DNA from: Eledone cirrhosa
Taxonomy: Eukaryota
Assembly (NCBI GenBank): GCA_964016885.1
Contig: CAXHJY010001663.1
Location: forward strand, 1 to 64,000
Direction of reading: 5' to 3'
Length of the DNA stretch: 64,000 nucleotides
A program made the position numbers and the translations under genes. Under the pieces are notes generated by a model that ran no database searches, had not been told where the DNA came from, and worked only from the letters and a program-made list of their open reading frames with translations. Below are positions 41,488 through 54,845 of this stretch, in pieces (within the stretch, counting starts at the first letter, position 1; every line of letters starts with the position of its first letter).

Positions 41488-43118
41488 ATCATCATCATCA
41501 TCATCATCGTTTGACGTCCATCTTTCACGCTTGCATGGGTTTGGACGGGAATTTTCCCACTTGAGGCAAGATTGGTTGTCTTGCTCGTATAGGACTGTCT
41601 GGCGGGTTTTCTATGGCTGGATGCCCTTCCTAACACCAACCACGTTTACAGTGTGGACTGGGAGGTTTTTACCGTGTTACCTACACGGCCACATTACAGC
41701 GTGGAATGTGTGTTTTTTTGTCGTGACACCTCCACGACCTCATTTATTTCGGACTGGATGTTGTGGTACCAACATAACTTTACATTAAAAGGGGTGGTGT
41801 GGATGGGGTGGGGGTAGTGGGACGGGGGTGTATTTTTGTTAAGAGGTGCCTACTGACTAGGTTTCGCTTTGTACTTAGGCAAGGCGGGTCTTCTGTATTA
41901 CTGTGTAGCACCAAAGATCTCGGTCTAGTGACATTGTCTTGGAGAGGTGTGTGTGAGGTCGGAATTTATCAAGTCGTCCCAGGTTTTTCTCGGTCTGCCT
42001 ACTCCGTGGCTACTGTCTATTTTTATCGCCCTGCACTTTTTTATACAGCTGTCGTCTTTCATGCGCATCACGTGACCATACCAACGTAGTCTTCTCTCGA
42101 GTAAGCAACATCTGATCCTCTTATTCCTAATTTCTCCCTTAGTTCATTTATGCTTTGCCGTTCACGTATATTACTATTACACATCTAACGGAGCATGCAA
42201 GCTTCGTTCCTCTCCAGTCTGCGTATATCCTCTGCACACAATGCCCAAGTCTCACTGCCATGTAACATTGCTGTTCGTATGCAGGCATCATACAGCCTGC
42301 CTTTCATTTTTAGAGAGAAACCTTTAGCGGCCAATAGTGGTATAAGCTCTCTGAACTTTTTCCATCCAGTTCTGACTCTAGCTACTGTACTTTCAGAGCA
42401 CCCTCCACCACTGCTGATTTTGTCACCCAGGTAACAGAAGGTGTCCACTATTTCTATAGAACCATCTGTGCAATTGAAAGAGCTAGTATTTTGTGGGCAC
42501 TTGCTGCTACTTATTGCACCTGAGCACCGGCCACATATAAAATCTATATTCTTAGTTAGCTTAGCTGTGATCCCACTACATCTTTTATGCACCCATACTT
42601 TGCATTTGGGACATAAAATGGAGTTTCTGCCTACTCCTTTCCTACACACTGAGCATGGCCATTTACCAGATGGTACCAGTGCCCTATTTTCCTTCCTACA
42701 AACTAGAACTTTAGTCTTAGACAGGTTAATTTTAAGGCCTTTTGATTCTAGGCCGTGCTTCAATGTTTGGAATTTCTTCTCTCGTTCAGCCATTGATTCA
42801 GCTATGAGCGTTAGATCATCTGTGTATAGGAGTCCCCATGGGCAGCCGGTCTTGAACACCTCTGTTATAGCCTGAAGGGCAATAATAAATAGGAGGGGGC
42901 TAAGGACGGAGCCCTGATGAACACCAACTTTTACGCTAAACTCTTCACTATATTCGTTGTTAATTCTAACCTTGTTGACTGTTTCTTTATACATGGCTAG
43001 TATAGCTCTCACAAGCCATTCATCAACACCTAGTTTTCTGAGAGCCCACCAGATAATGGGGCGCGAGACTCTGTCAAAGGCTTTCTCCAAGTCAACAAAA
43101 GCTAAGTATAGGGGTTTT
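41488..43118 (-). mobile_element. RTE LINE (copy A subfamily), 5'-truncated
   Basis: (CAT)n tail; ORF 42185-43090 with RT and PHD finger. Confidence 0.93.
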
Positions 43119-45615
43119 AGGAAATAACATTTCTAATACTTGTACCAGACTAAAAGGCACCAAATACACTCTGGAAAGTGGTTGGCATTAGAAAGGTCAT
43201 TAAACTGCAGAAACCATGCCAAAAATCTTAGAGAGGTCCATTCAGTCACATCAGGGATGTAACAACCTTTCCGGTGCTTGTGCCACAGTAAAATGCACTC
43301 AGTACATTCTGTAAAGTGATTGACATTAGAAAAGTCATCTAGCTATAGAAATCATGCCAAAAATAGAACATATTGAGCATGATGTGGTCCCCTGTTTCAT
43401 TTAGGGAGGATAGTGGCTCCAGTAAATTAGTGACTTGGTCTATAATGACCCATCCATCTTATAACAAGATGGAAAAAGGGGTGAAAAAGTGTTTTCATCA
43501 TCCTCATCATCAGTTAATGTTCATTTCCCTGCAATCAAGGATTGTACTGTGTTTCAAACTGCTAGTTAATCCATTTTGATACCAACTCGCCCAAAACTGC
43601 TCATTGCCTCACAAAACAAAACCATCAATTTTAAACAGTTCCTATTTATATTAAAACCTTCCAATGCAATTTTATATAAGAACCATATGTTAAGTTTCTA
43701 TGTTAGTAATTAATAATTTTAGTAAATCCCTCAAAATTCTTCATTAATTAATTGAAACAGGTTAAGTTTTTTTAATAATCACTGCTAAATGCGTATGATT
43801 TATGTATGGGTTATTCATATATAGTGAAGGTGCATGGCTTAGAAATGAGTTGCAATGTCACTGGTGTCAAGCTGTATTGGTCTTTGCCTTTCCCTTGCAC
43901 AGCATCTGTGGCATGGAGAGGGGAGATTGGCAAGCATGGGCGACTGCTGGTCTTCCACAAACAAACCTTGCCTGGACTTGTGCCTCGGAGGGGAACTTTC
44001 TAGGTGCAAATGCCGTGACTGAAAGGGGGTCTTTACCCTTATCCTATTCATATATGCATGTACACACGGCATTTTGCCATGTATATCCAGGTTTTTCGAA
44101 AAGATATACCAAATTCCTGTGTCTTAAAAGGCGACTAAAAGGGTTGGTGTCAGGAAGGGTATGCAACAGTAAAACATTAACTCAAAACATCCTGTCCAAC
44201 CCAAGCCAGCATGGAAAAGTGGACATAAAATAAAAACGATGAGAATGATGACAGCATGTATACAGTGGCGCTAAGACTAGTGGATGGAAACAATTCTCAC
44301 CTGGAGGCCCCTGGTCCTTAATGCTTGAAACAGAGTGGACTCCACTAAAAGCACCTAGTAGTGTAGTGTACAGGTTGTACTTAGAAATAACAGAAAGGAA
44401 TACATACATACAAGTATGTGTGCGCTATTATTATTTTTTCTTCATAGGGATTCAGGCACCCACTGGTGTGTGTGTGCCAGTCACCACAAAATGTCAATTC
44501 AAAACTATAAAAAAATGCCAGCAGTAACATCATTTATGTCCCATATGAACAATATTTTTTGCACTATAGCAGTTTGAACAATGTTAAAACCATATTTATA
44601 CAGTATGGGTTTGTGTCAAGAAAGTCATCCAGTCATTGTTAACCTGCCACCAAAAATCTTGACCAAATCCATGCAAGCAAGAAAATATGAACATTAAAAC
44701 ATATATTTGGAAATTTAAACTATCTTCCAAAATCTTGATTTTTCAGGGACGTACTGTAATTCCCAGCATCGAAGATGCTCTGATATTGTGGGCATACTCC
44801 CATTTTGAGTTGCTAAATTTTGATAAATAAATGGGAGTGGGGAGGGACTATGACTAATATAAACTTTGAGATGCAAGGTTAATTTTCCAGATATATTTTA
44901 GCTAAAAAAAACAATCAAAACAAAACAGCATCTTTCATGCTGGGAAATATGATAATGTATATCATTAGAAATATGGTCACAAGAGGATTAATGGCATTAT
45001 GTGGTGAGACAATAATTGTACTCTGACTCATATTATTGTTCTTGAAGGGTAAAGATATTTAATGATAAAATACAGTTTTGGCAGGCAATTAATTATTGGG
45101 AAAGCATTTAAGATAATATCTGATTTCATAGTTAAACATATTGAGCTGGCAATAAAATGTAAAAAAATGTTTTTTAATGGTTTTTTTTTTTTATTGAAGA
45201 GTTCCCCTTTCCTCCTCATACACTCTATTCCTGTGTATGCACATTACACACACATACACTCACAGCCACCCTTAACCACATACACACTGCATACTTTAAT
45301 TATACAATCAGTACTTCAATACTGTTTTAATCTATTTGATAAGTGATAATATCTGATAGGGTTGAGAAATGAAAAGCTGTAACTTCTAAAATAGTTTAAC
45401 CCTTTCTTGACCATAGTTAGTAAAGGGATTTACTAAAATTATGATTCTTAAATATCTTAAAAAGTAATAATCCTATTGGATTTCATGTTAACCCTTTCCA
45501 AACCATATCTTTATGAAATACACTATTTGAATTCAATAAGGAATGATTTGGAAAGATTTATTGAATTATTATTTCATTATTAGAATGGTATTTGTAACAT
45601 AGCTTAATAAATGAA

Positions 45616-46450
45616 TCATCATCATCATCACCGTTTTACGTCCATTCTTCCATGCTAGCATGGGTTAGATGAGTTGTCCTGTTGTGAACAATGCCAAGTC
45701 TGGTGATCATGTCATCCTTATACAGAACCGATTTTGGCTTGGTTTCTACAGCTGGATGCCTTTCCTAGTGCCAACCTCATTTACAGTGAGTACTGGGTGC
45801 TTTTTGTCATGACGCCTACACGACCACTTTACAGTATGGGCTGGGTGCTTTTTGTCGTGATGCCTACATGACCACTTTACAGTGTGGGTTGGCCGCTTTT
45901 TGTCGTGACACCTACACGATCAATTTACATATAATTATGCTGGAATGTTTTAATTTAAATAGGAAGCCTTTAAAATGGGTGGGTTGGTTCATTAATAATT
46001 TTTCATCTACAGTTTTCATTACCTTTCACAACAGCTTATTTCTCTTATTGGCATGGATTTGACATACCAATATCTGTTTATCTCAGTGATTCTTAAACAG
46101 GAGGCAATTGGCTCTCAGTGGAGGAATTTTATCCAAGTGAAGATTTAGGGAGGAATCCAAACTGAAAAAATAATGTACATTGTGTTATCATCATCACCAT
46201 TTAACGTCCATATTTCCATGCTGGCATGGGTTAGATGGGTTGTCTCGTTTGAGAAAAATTGGGTCAAGTGATTGTGTCTTACACAGAACTGCTTCTGGCT
46301 TGGTTTCTATGGCTGGATGACCTTCCTAACACCAACTACATTTACAGTGTGGCTTGGGTGCTTTTTGTCATGACACCTACACAACCACCACTTTACAGTG
46401 TGGGTTGGGTGCTTTTTTGCCGTGTCGCCATCATGACCACTTTACAGTGT
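45616..46450 (-). mobile_element. Two RTE 3'-UTR-only stubs (45616-45920, 46188-46450)
   Basis: CAT tail + CGTCCAT..CCATGCTAGCATGGGTT...GGCTGGATG.C.TTCCTA. Similar stubs at ~22368-22508, 38898-39075 and 48465-48812. Confidence 0.75.
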
Positions 46451-46570
46451 GATGATTCTCTAATATATGCTTCAGTCTGTCCTCATGAGAGATGTATGGG
46501 AGGGTTGGGTTGGGGTGGTGCATATATATATATATATATGTATGCTTCAGCTCGTGCCCATATATGTATA

Positions 46571-47869
46571 CGAGGGGGGATCAAAAAGTTTGCGGAATTT
46601 TATCATAGCAAGAAAAAAATCAGGTTAAAACAATATTAAACGTGTCAGAACATTGTCACTGAGTGTTTACCTTGCTATTAGTCACTTGTAGTTAGTTATG
46701 CGCGGACTATTGTACAGTACTGATACGCTTTAAAAAGCCTCTTTTTGGAACAATGGAAAATAGTTATTTTGAGATAAGATCGAATATCAAGTTTCTGGTG
46801 AAACTCAAATGGAAAGGGACACACATTATGGAGGCTTTAGTTAAAGTTTACGGTACTACTGCTCTAAAGAAAACTGCTGTCTACAAGTGGATTCAGCGAT
46901 TCAAACAAGAGAGAGACGACCATCGCAGTGGAAGACCAGGAACATCAAAAAATAACCAAAACGTTGAGGCTGCTCAGACTTTAATTGAAGAAGATCGAAG
47001 AATAACAGTTAATCAGTTAGCTAAGTCCCTAGACATTTCATATGGTTCGGCAAATTCAATTCTGCACGATAATTTGTGACTAAGCAAGCTTTCAGCGCAA
47101 TGGGTCCCAAAAGCGTTGCGCCCTGATCAGCTGATTCTTTGAAGTGATCTGTCTTTGGCGATATTAAACAAAATTGAAGTTGATGAAGAACATTTCCTGA
47201 CCAGAATCATCACCGGAGATGAAACCTGGATCTACCAGTATGATCCTGAATCCAAACAGCAGTCAAAACAGTGGCTTCCACGTGGATCATCGGGACCAAT
47301 CAAGTTCAAATCTCAAAAGTCGGATCAAAAAGTGATGGCCACCATTTTCTGGAATTCAGATAGGGTGATACTAATAGATTATCTTGAAGGTAAAAAAACT
47401 GTGACAGGAGCTTATTATGCAAATGTTTTAAGGAAGCTGAAAGAGGCATTAGTCAAGAAACGAAAAGGGAAACTTCATGGTGGGATCTTGTTTCACCATG
47501 ACAATGCACCACCGCATTCTGCGCGGGTTGCAAAAGTTCTTCGAGAATTTCGATGGGAAGTGCTTCCTCACCTGTCTTATAGTCCAGATTTAGCCCCATC
47601 AGACTTTTTCCTCTTTACAAAACTCAAAGAAATGCTAAAAGGAACCCGTTTTAGTGGTGTTGAAGAAGCTAAAAACACTGCCAACACATGGCTTCGAACA
47701 AGGCCTTCAACTTTCTTTAGAGACGGCTTACGAAGCTGGAAGTATCGCCTTGTCAAGTGTATTGACCTGGATGGCAACTATGTAGAAAAATAAATTGAAG
47801 GTAAATCATATTTTTTGAAAAATAGATTATTTTCTGAAAAATTCCGCAAACTTTTTAGATTTCCCCTCG
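46571..47869 (+). mobile_element. Full-length mariner transposon
   Basis: TA TSD; ~31-bp TIRs CGAGGGGGGATCAAAAAGTTTGCGGAATTTT; 1.3 kb long. Confidence 0.95.
46753..47793 (+). pseudogene. Mariner transposase with premature stops
   Basis: HTH region, WVPK, TGDETW, HDNAPPH, YSPDLAPSDF; in-frame TGA at ~47077 and ~47140. Confidence 0.92.
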
Positions 47870-48829
47870 TATATCAAATGAAATACCAATTCACTCAAAT
47901 ATAATGTATATTGTGTACATTTATCAAATGATGTACTAGTATAATGTACCAATTATAATGAAGTGCCAACTATAATTGCAATCAAGAATTAACAGTTCAC
48001 AAAAAACTACTACTTCAGACTTAATCCTCTTTGAGACTGTACAATTATTGAAGTTTAAAAAACTTGCTTGTGTTAATTTGATGCTCAGGTGAAAAATGAC
48101 TAAATGACAATTCAAAATGGGGAGGCATTGAAGAAACCTTAATTGCATAAGGAGGAATATGTTTTGGGTCTTTGAGAACCATTGCTTTATATGCTTTAGT
48201 GTTTTGACAAGTCATCAGTCTTATACATGACAGAACACTATGTGGGAATCAAATTGCACTTCTGTTATATACTGGACAACTGTGGGGAATCAAATCACAC
48301 TTCTGTTTTATACTGGACAACTGCATAGACCACTGTGCTAAGACAACCAGACAGATTTTAATCTCAAATGTTTTGTCATATTTTAACAGCTACTGTGTTT
48401 ATGCTGCCCTCTTTGCAAAATAAAGAAAATTATTATTATTAAAGGTAATATGAAAGAAAAGATAAAAGCACCCAGCACACCCTGTAAATGTGGTTGGCAT
48501 TAGAAAGGGCATCCAGCCATAGAGACCAAGCCAGAAACAGTCCTGCATGAGCAAGAAATGGTCACCTGATATCCATTATCTCACAATGGGATACTCGTCT
48601 AACCCATGCTGACATGGAAAATAGACATTAAACAATGATGATAATGAATATATATCATCATCATCGTTTAACGTCCATTTTCCACGCTAGCATGGATTAG
48701 ACAAGTTGTCCCATTAGAAGCAAGTTGGGTCAGATGACCATATCTTGTTCCTATAGGACTGTTTCTGGCTAGATTTCTACGACTGGATGTCCTTCCTGAC
48801 ACCAACCACATTTAGAGTATATGTATATA

Positions 48830-49672
48830 CGAGGTGTCAGAAAAGTTCCAGAAAAGATTTATTTCAAACCCAAACTTCACACTAAGAGTTTTCTCCTTCA
48901 AAGTAATCCTCCTGGAGTCTAATGCACTTTTCCATCCTTTTCTGCCACGCTTGCATGCACTCCTGGAAGGATTCTTCCGGGATCTCCGCAGTTCCGTCGT
49001 CACAGCCTTCAAAACGGGTCCCCTCCGGGTCGTACTCGAAGATCCATGACTCATCACCGGTGATGACTGTCCCTAGCAAGTCTGGTTCGGTTTCAAGACG
49101 CTCAAGGATATCCTGGCACACTTGCATGCGTCGACCCTTCTTGTCTTCGTTCAGCAGTTTTGGCACCATCTTCGCGCAACTTTCCCCATGTCCAAATCTT
49201 CAGTGAGAATCTTCCAGACGCTGTCCCGATTCATGCCCAGCTCATTTGCCATCAGTCGAACAGTCAGCCGACGATCGCTACGCACGATCTGCCTGACGCA
49301 CTCAACATTGACTTCAGTCCTGGTTGTTGAGGGCCTTCCGCTCCTGGGGTCATCTTGCACCACTCAAAAGCACGTGAGTGTGACATCGTCTCATCTCCAT
49401 ACACTTGCTGCAGCAATCCCAATGCTTCTGACGGAGTTTTCCCCAAACCGTACCAGAAACCTCAAGTCTGTTCGTTGCTCTGTGCTCATTGCTTGACGAC
49501 CTGAAACAGAGGAGATGTATATAAAATTATGAAGAAAAAAGTTTGATCGCTGTAGAGAGCTAAGATTACAGTTACATACTCCAGGGGGATTACTTTGAAG
49601 GAAAAAATTCTTAGTGTGAAGTTTGGGTTTGAAATAAATCTTTTGTGACATCAGACCTGGAACTTTTCTGAC

Positions 49673-49680
<8 letters not shown>
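48830..49680 (-). mobile_element. Internally deleted mariner with elongated TIRs
   Basis: TA-CGAGGTGTCAGAAAAGTTCCAG end; DDPRSGRPST, TGDESWIFEYDPE fused to ...DYFEG. Confidence 0.88.
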
Positions 49681-49712
<32 letters not shown>

Positions 49713-50329
49713 CCACAATAGTATATGCCTGGTCAATGTAGTTAAACACTTTCTGATATGCAGAACTTCAAGCACATGGCCCCAGCAGTCAGAATAGAGA
49801 ATGCGTTACCCTAGATGATAGTGAGGGAGACACATTAAAATAGGCATTCCAATTTGCAGGGGTTCACTCCTGCAAGAAGCTAACTCCATCCCAATAGCAT
49901 TAAGGAGTGATTTAGGGACCCAGAATGCCAGGAGTCTCCACTACTGTAGGTTCAATGACAAATGTACCAGAAATATCATCATCATAGTCATATATGTATA
50001 TAACTATATATATATATATATATATATATAGTTATGTAATAAACAACATAAGGCAATTATTTCATTTACCACTGGTTTCTTAAAAGCAAAAAAATTATAT
50101 ATATATATATATGTGTATATATAGCATAGCATACACATACAAATGTGTGTGTGTGTGCATGTGTGAAGATATAGCTTGCTATTATTTTTTCTTCATAGTG
50201 AATCAGGTTCCCACTGGTATATATACTACTCTGTTGACATATATTACCACCACCACCACCACACATTACTCACCACTACTTACCTGTCTTTTCTTTAATC
50301 TTAGATTACTTTTGTAGTTAATAGAAGCA

Positions 50330-50340
50330 GTGACTTAGCA
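50330..50340 (+). promoter_or_regulatory. Candidate ARE
   Basis: GTGACTTAGCA followed by CTTTT. Motif match only. Confidence 0.25.
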
Positions 50341-50598
50341 CTTTTCACTTTTTCTGTCATTTCCTTTTCTTTCTTCTTTGGTTTATTGGTTTGCTTCTTT
50401 AAAGTCTGTCTCTGTTTGTCTTTCTCTCTTTTCCTCTCTTTGTCTCTATCACTATCTATTTTTCTCTCCCTATCTTTCTCCCTCTCCCTATTTATATCTA
50501 TGTATGTATCTATTTATCTCTACCTTTCTTTATCTCTCTTTCTCAACCTATTAAAACAAACTATACTCTTACATCATACTTCATATTTCAACAATTAA

Positions 50599-50800
50599 CC
50601 CATTAGCATTTACACTACTCTCTATATATTATATTTTCATGGTAAACACTTTATCTCACATAATATCGAATCAATGAGATTTTAATATTTATTTTGAGAA
50701 TAATACCGTAACATCAGTATGAGTGGCCGGTTACGGCTGGTTTGAATAGAAAGAAATGAGAGAATTCTGGCCGGTTATGGCTGGTTTAAATGCTAAAGGG
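50599..50800. mobile_element. piggyBac-type MITE
   Basis: TTAA TSD; CCCATTAGCATTTA / TAAATGCTAAAGGG TIRs. Confidence 0.8.
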
Positions 50801-53543
50801 TTAACTCTTTTGTAAGCATTGCCTAATGAAGAGTTATGGGAAGTTTAGTGAAATAACTTTCAACTTAATGATTTCTAATTTAAACACAAGGCCATCAATT
50901 TTGAGGAAGGAGAAGTCAATTATATCAACCCCAGTACTTTACTGATACTTTATTTGATCAACCTTTAAGGATAAAACCTATGCCAGCATGGAAAAACGGT
51001 GATGATGATGACTTCAGTGGGAATGTAAAGTCCATAACTAAATACTGCAAAGCATTTTGTCCGATACTCTGATGATTCTGCTAATCTGCCACCCTGGTTT
51101 CTAATTAAGGCATAAGTTCAATGATTTGGGGGGACTGAGAAAGTTAAATATATCAACCACAGTGCTTTACTTTTATCAATCTTAGAAATTGATTTCTGGA
51201 GGATCTGAACTCACAACAAAGAAAGTCATAACAAAATATCACAAATCATTTTAACCAGTGCTCAACTAATATTATCTTTCAATATACAAATATTTAACTA
51301 CTGAAATCTAATACTGTCTGGCATGTAATAATGAAATTTCAGTTCAAGGTTTGAATTTCAATTTGATCATTCTAATAGAGGTAGTTTCAAGTGGGTTGGT
51401 GTTTAACTCTTAACATCTTGTAATGTCTAAAAATGGGTTTCTTAATTCAAATTTTTATTGTATCGTTACTAATGGACAGATTGTTGTGACAATTTGTAGT
51501 TAAGACTTCCATTTTCATAGTACTGTTTTATACTTTGCAAGAATGTTTTACTAATGTGGCTAGAACTCATTAACAGTTAAAAGGTTAAAAGAAAGGTTTA
51601 GATATCAATGGGAAGATAGATATATTGATAGGTGGTGGTGGTGGTTAGATAATTTGCCCTTTATCACTGAACAATGACTGTATGTTCTATATACTTATGA
51701 GAAGAGTTTTATTGTTAATTTCTCATTCTATGTAAATAACATTGTGTGTGTAATTAGTTTAGAAGTGCCATTATGTGCAGCCGGCAAATTACCATTTGTT
51801 AGAGCATGGGGCAAAATACTTTGCATCATTTGTGCTCCTACCTAGGTCAACTTTGCCTTTCCTTCTAGGTTCAATAAAATACCAGTCCAAGGAAGGAAAT
51901 TAATGGGATTGTTAGAGGTTTTGACAAGATACCTTGTATTTATTTTGACTCTTTGCTTTGAGTTTTTGAGTGGTAGATTTAATCAGTCGTCCAATTTAAC
52001 ACCATCTTGTTCTTGGGTGCTTTTAACCCTTTCATTATCATATTTCTTAAGAAAGACACTGCCTGTAAGTATCAAATAATTTTGAAAATCTAAGAATTTG
52101 GAAGGATTTAGTAATATAATTAACTTTCTCATTATTAATCTAACGTTTGGAATATAATTTAACAAAGTAATTATGATGGAAGGTTTTTATAAATATAAAC
52201 ACTTTAACCCTTTTCATACCCATGTTTCTAGTGAAAGACACTGCCTATAATTCTCCAATAAGTTGGAAAATAATCAGGAATTTGAGAGATTTAGTAATAT
52301 AACTAACGTCCTCATTAGTAATCAGGTATTTGATACATTATACCTTTAACAATGGTGCTTACATAAAATTATAATGGAAGGTTTTTAGATAGATATAAAG
52401 AGTTTTAAATTATCATCATTATATCATAGAAGCCGGTCAATTGGCAGAATTGTTAGAACGTGGGATAGATTAGTGTGCAGTATACATTCCAGTACTCAGA
52501 ACTGTGAGTTCAAATCTTTTTACGGTCACCTTTGCCTTTCATCCTTTCGAGATTGATAAAAAGTACCAGTCCATTACTGGGATCAATTCTTCCTTTATAT
52601 CACTTTCTCACTATCATCTGTTTCCTTACTTGAGAAGAAATTGACCATATCTAAATCTGAAGTGAGAATGGGCTCCAAACAGGTTTGAAAAAAGCCCAAG
52701 AAATGCTGTATGTCACTTTTGTGCCCCTACAACTTTACCAGTAGTTACGGATCCATACATACATTGTATCATAAAAACAAGAGCTGGTTTCAGCTGGTGT
52801 GGTGTGAAAAGGGTTAATAGAGCTCATTCTGTTTGTAAGTTTGTGGGTCCAATTGTTGGACTGGGTGACACATTTGTGTCCTTCAACAAGATGCATCATT
52901 TCACTCTGCTCTAGTCTACTTGGCAGGGAAAAAAATGAGTACCAGCAACAGCAGCTGGGGGTGGGGAGGAGGTATATTCCTTGTAACAGACTGGTATTTG
53001 GTCCAGTTGGGGACAGTCTTTTCATGATAGGATTGGGGGTCTCTAACATTAAATCACCTGAGAAACCTCTTATGCGATGCAATTTCACAGATCAGCTAGA
53101 CCTACATAGATGTGAGCTGTAACAACATTAGTGCAGTTAAGTAAATAGATTGTGGCCCAGAAACATCCAATAACCATGGTTGGCTGGATTGTTCCAATGA
53201 AGAAACCCCACTTCCTACCAAAAGTTCAAATATTAAACTTGTGTGTAAAAAAAATACCATGCAGGCACATTTTATTTTATGTGCTCACCTAGCATACGAG
53301 AGATGTGTGGTTCAATTCCCCACAATTATTTCTGTCTACCTTTTTCCACCTCCAGGGGTATTTGTTTTACTTGATTTATTCAACTATTTGTAGGTATCAA
53401 TTATTATTATAGACATCTGCAATATGGAAATTGCATTTTCAAATTAAATTTCCAATACTTCTTAAGTCAACCAAACCCTGTTTATAACATATATATATAT
53501 ATATGGAAGATGGACATTAAACGATGATGATGATATATAAATG

Positions 53544-53832
53544 TATGTATGAGATAAAGAAGTTTCACTTTAAAATGCTTTTATTGCATATCAAATGTTA
53601 CATATGCTTCACAGATGATTGGCTCAAAGTCTTTATTGATGTAATAGACCTGACTCCAGGACAAGTCTGAGATGAAAATGGCTTGATTTGGGTTCACACG
53701 TCTGATGAGCAGATTGATACTGGTGTCAGGTCTATGACATTGACAAAGGCTTCAAGCCAATCCTCTGTGAAACGTATGTAATGTTCAATATGCAGTTAAA
53801 ACATTTTAAAGTGAAACCTTATCTCATACGTA
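53544..53832. mobile_element. Older palindromic element with hammerhead (Penelope-like pLTR derivative)
   Basis: Diverged inverted arms 53544-53669 and 53710-53832. Confidence 0.65.
53698..53784 (+). ncRNA. Hammerhead ribozyme with branched stem II
   Basis: ACGT-CTGATGA-GCAGA...TCTGT-GAAAC-GTAT-GTA-ATGT, with inner hairpins TGTCA/TGACA and GGCTT/AAGCC. Confidence 0.65.
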
Positions 53833-54845
53833 AGATATACACTGAGCTACAGCACCAGGTGCTCATATGGGTTCCACCTCCAGTAATCAATAAAATTACT
53901 GAATAACCTACATATATGTGGGGGTGTATATGTATGTGCAGTTTGTATTCAGTATTTTGTCCAAATATGTTGTATTTTTTTGTACTTAATATACATTTTC
54001 TTTCCAAGTATGCCAAGTATAAGAATTTTCAAATTGAAAAGACACAACAGAAAGAGATATAATTGTTAAAATTTATTATTTTTCAAATTAGATGCCTCTT
54101 TCCCCATTTTATATAATTATTATTATTACCATATTAAATAAAGTACCACTAACGCACTTGGGTCGATTTAATCGGCTTTCCCCTCCTTGCAAATTGCTGG
54201 CCTTGTGCCTAAAATAGAAATAGTTATTAATATTGTTATTATTGTTATAATTATTATTATCAACTATACTAGTCGAGTGTTGCTGACTTGTGGGTTTATG
54301 TTGTACACCTATTGTCATGTGTAGAACAGATCCGGCTATCAGCTGAGTGCATTGTGAAGATCGTCTGTCTACCTTCCTTTATCCGAGAAGGACATGCAGT
54401 TTTTATCTGCCTAGTGGTCATGGTGAAAGAGGTCATGTGGTGAACACAAGGTTTGAATGAAGACAAGTACTTTCCTCTTTGGCAAACTCTGATTAAATTT
54501 TTTAGGTTTCACTTGAAGAGGAAAATTAGAGTGGAAAGGGAAGCGATATTTTCCAACCAGTTTGTTGAAAGGTGGATGAGACTGGTGACCATGGTTCCAA
54601 TGAGTGGCGCTGCCCTGAGTTTATGTCTATAAATTGGAGCTGAAGTACTAAGAGAAGGTACTTGCCCTAGTGGTCTGAGCAACCATGTTTTATGGGGGTT
54701 TTCCACATATAGCCCTCGGATGTATTCTCCCTATTGAGGAATACATATTACTTAAAATTTTGTTATTCCCACCTCCCTGGACGTCTCCTTCCTATTGAGG
54801 AATACTCATTGTTATCTTGCTTATATTATTAAACCTGTTTAATTT

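Noticed and set aside
46083-48185. Old hAT element enclosing the RTE stub and mariner
   Set aside because: CAGTGATTCTTAAA and TTTGAGAACCATTG resemble TIRs, but there is no convincing 8-bp TSD.
54270-54800. Possible decayed RT-like coding fragment on the minus strand
   Set aside because: Only a vague RICS-like motif with stops; needs a tBLASTx or HMM search.
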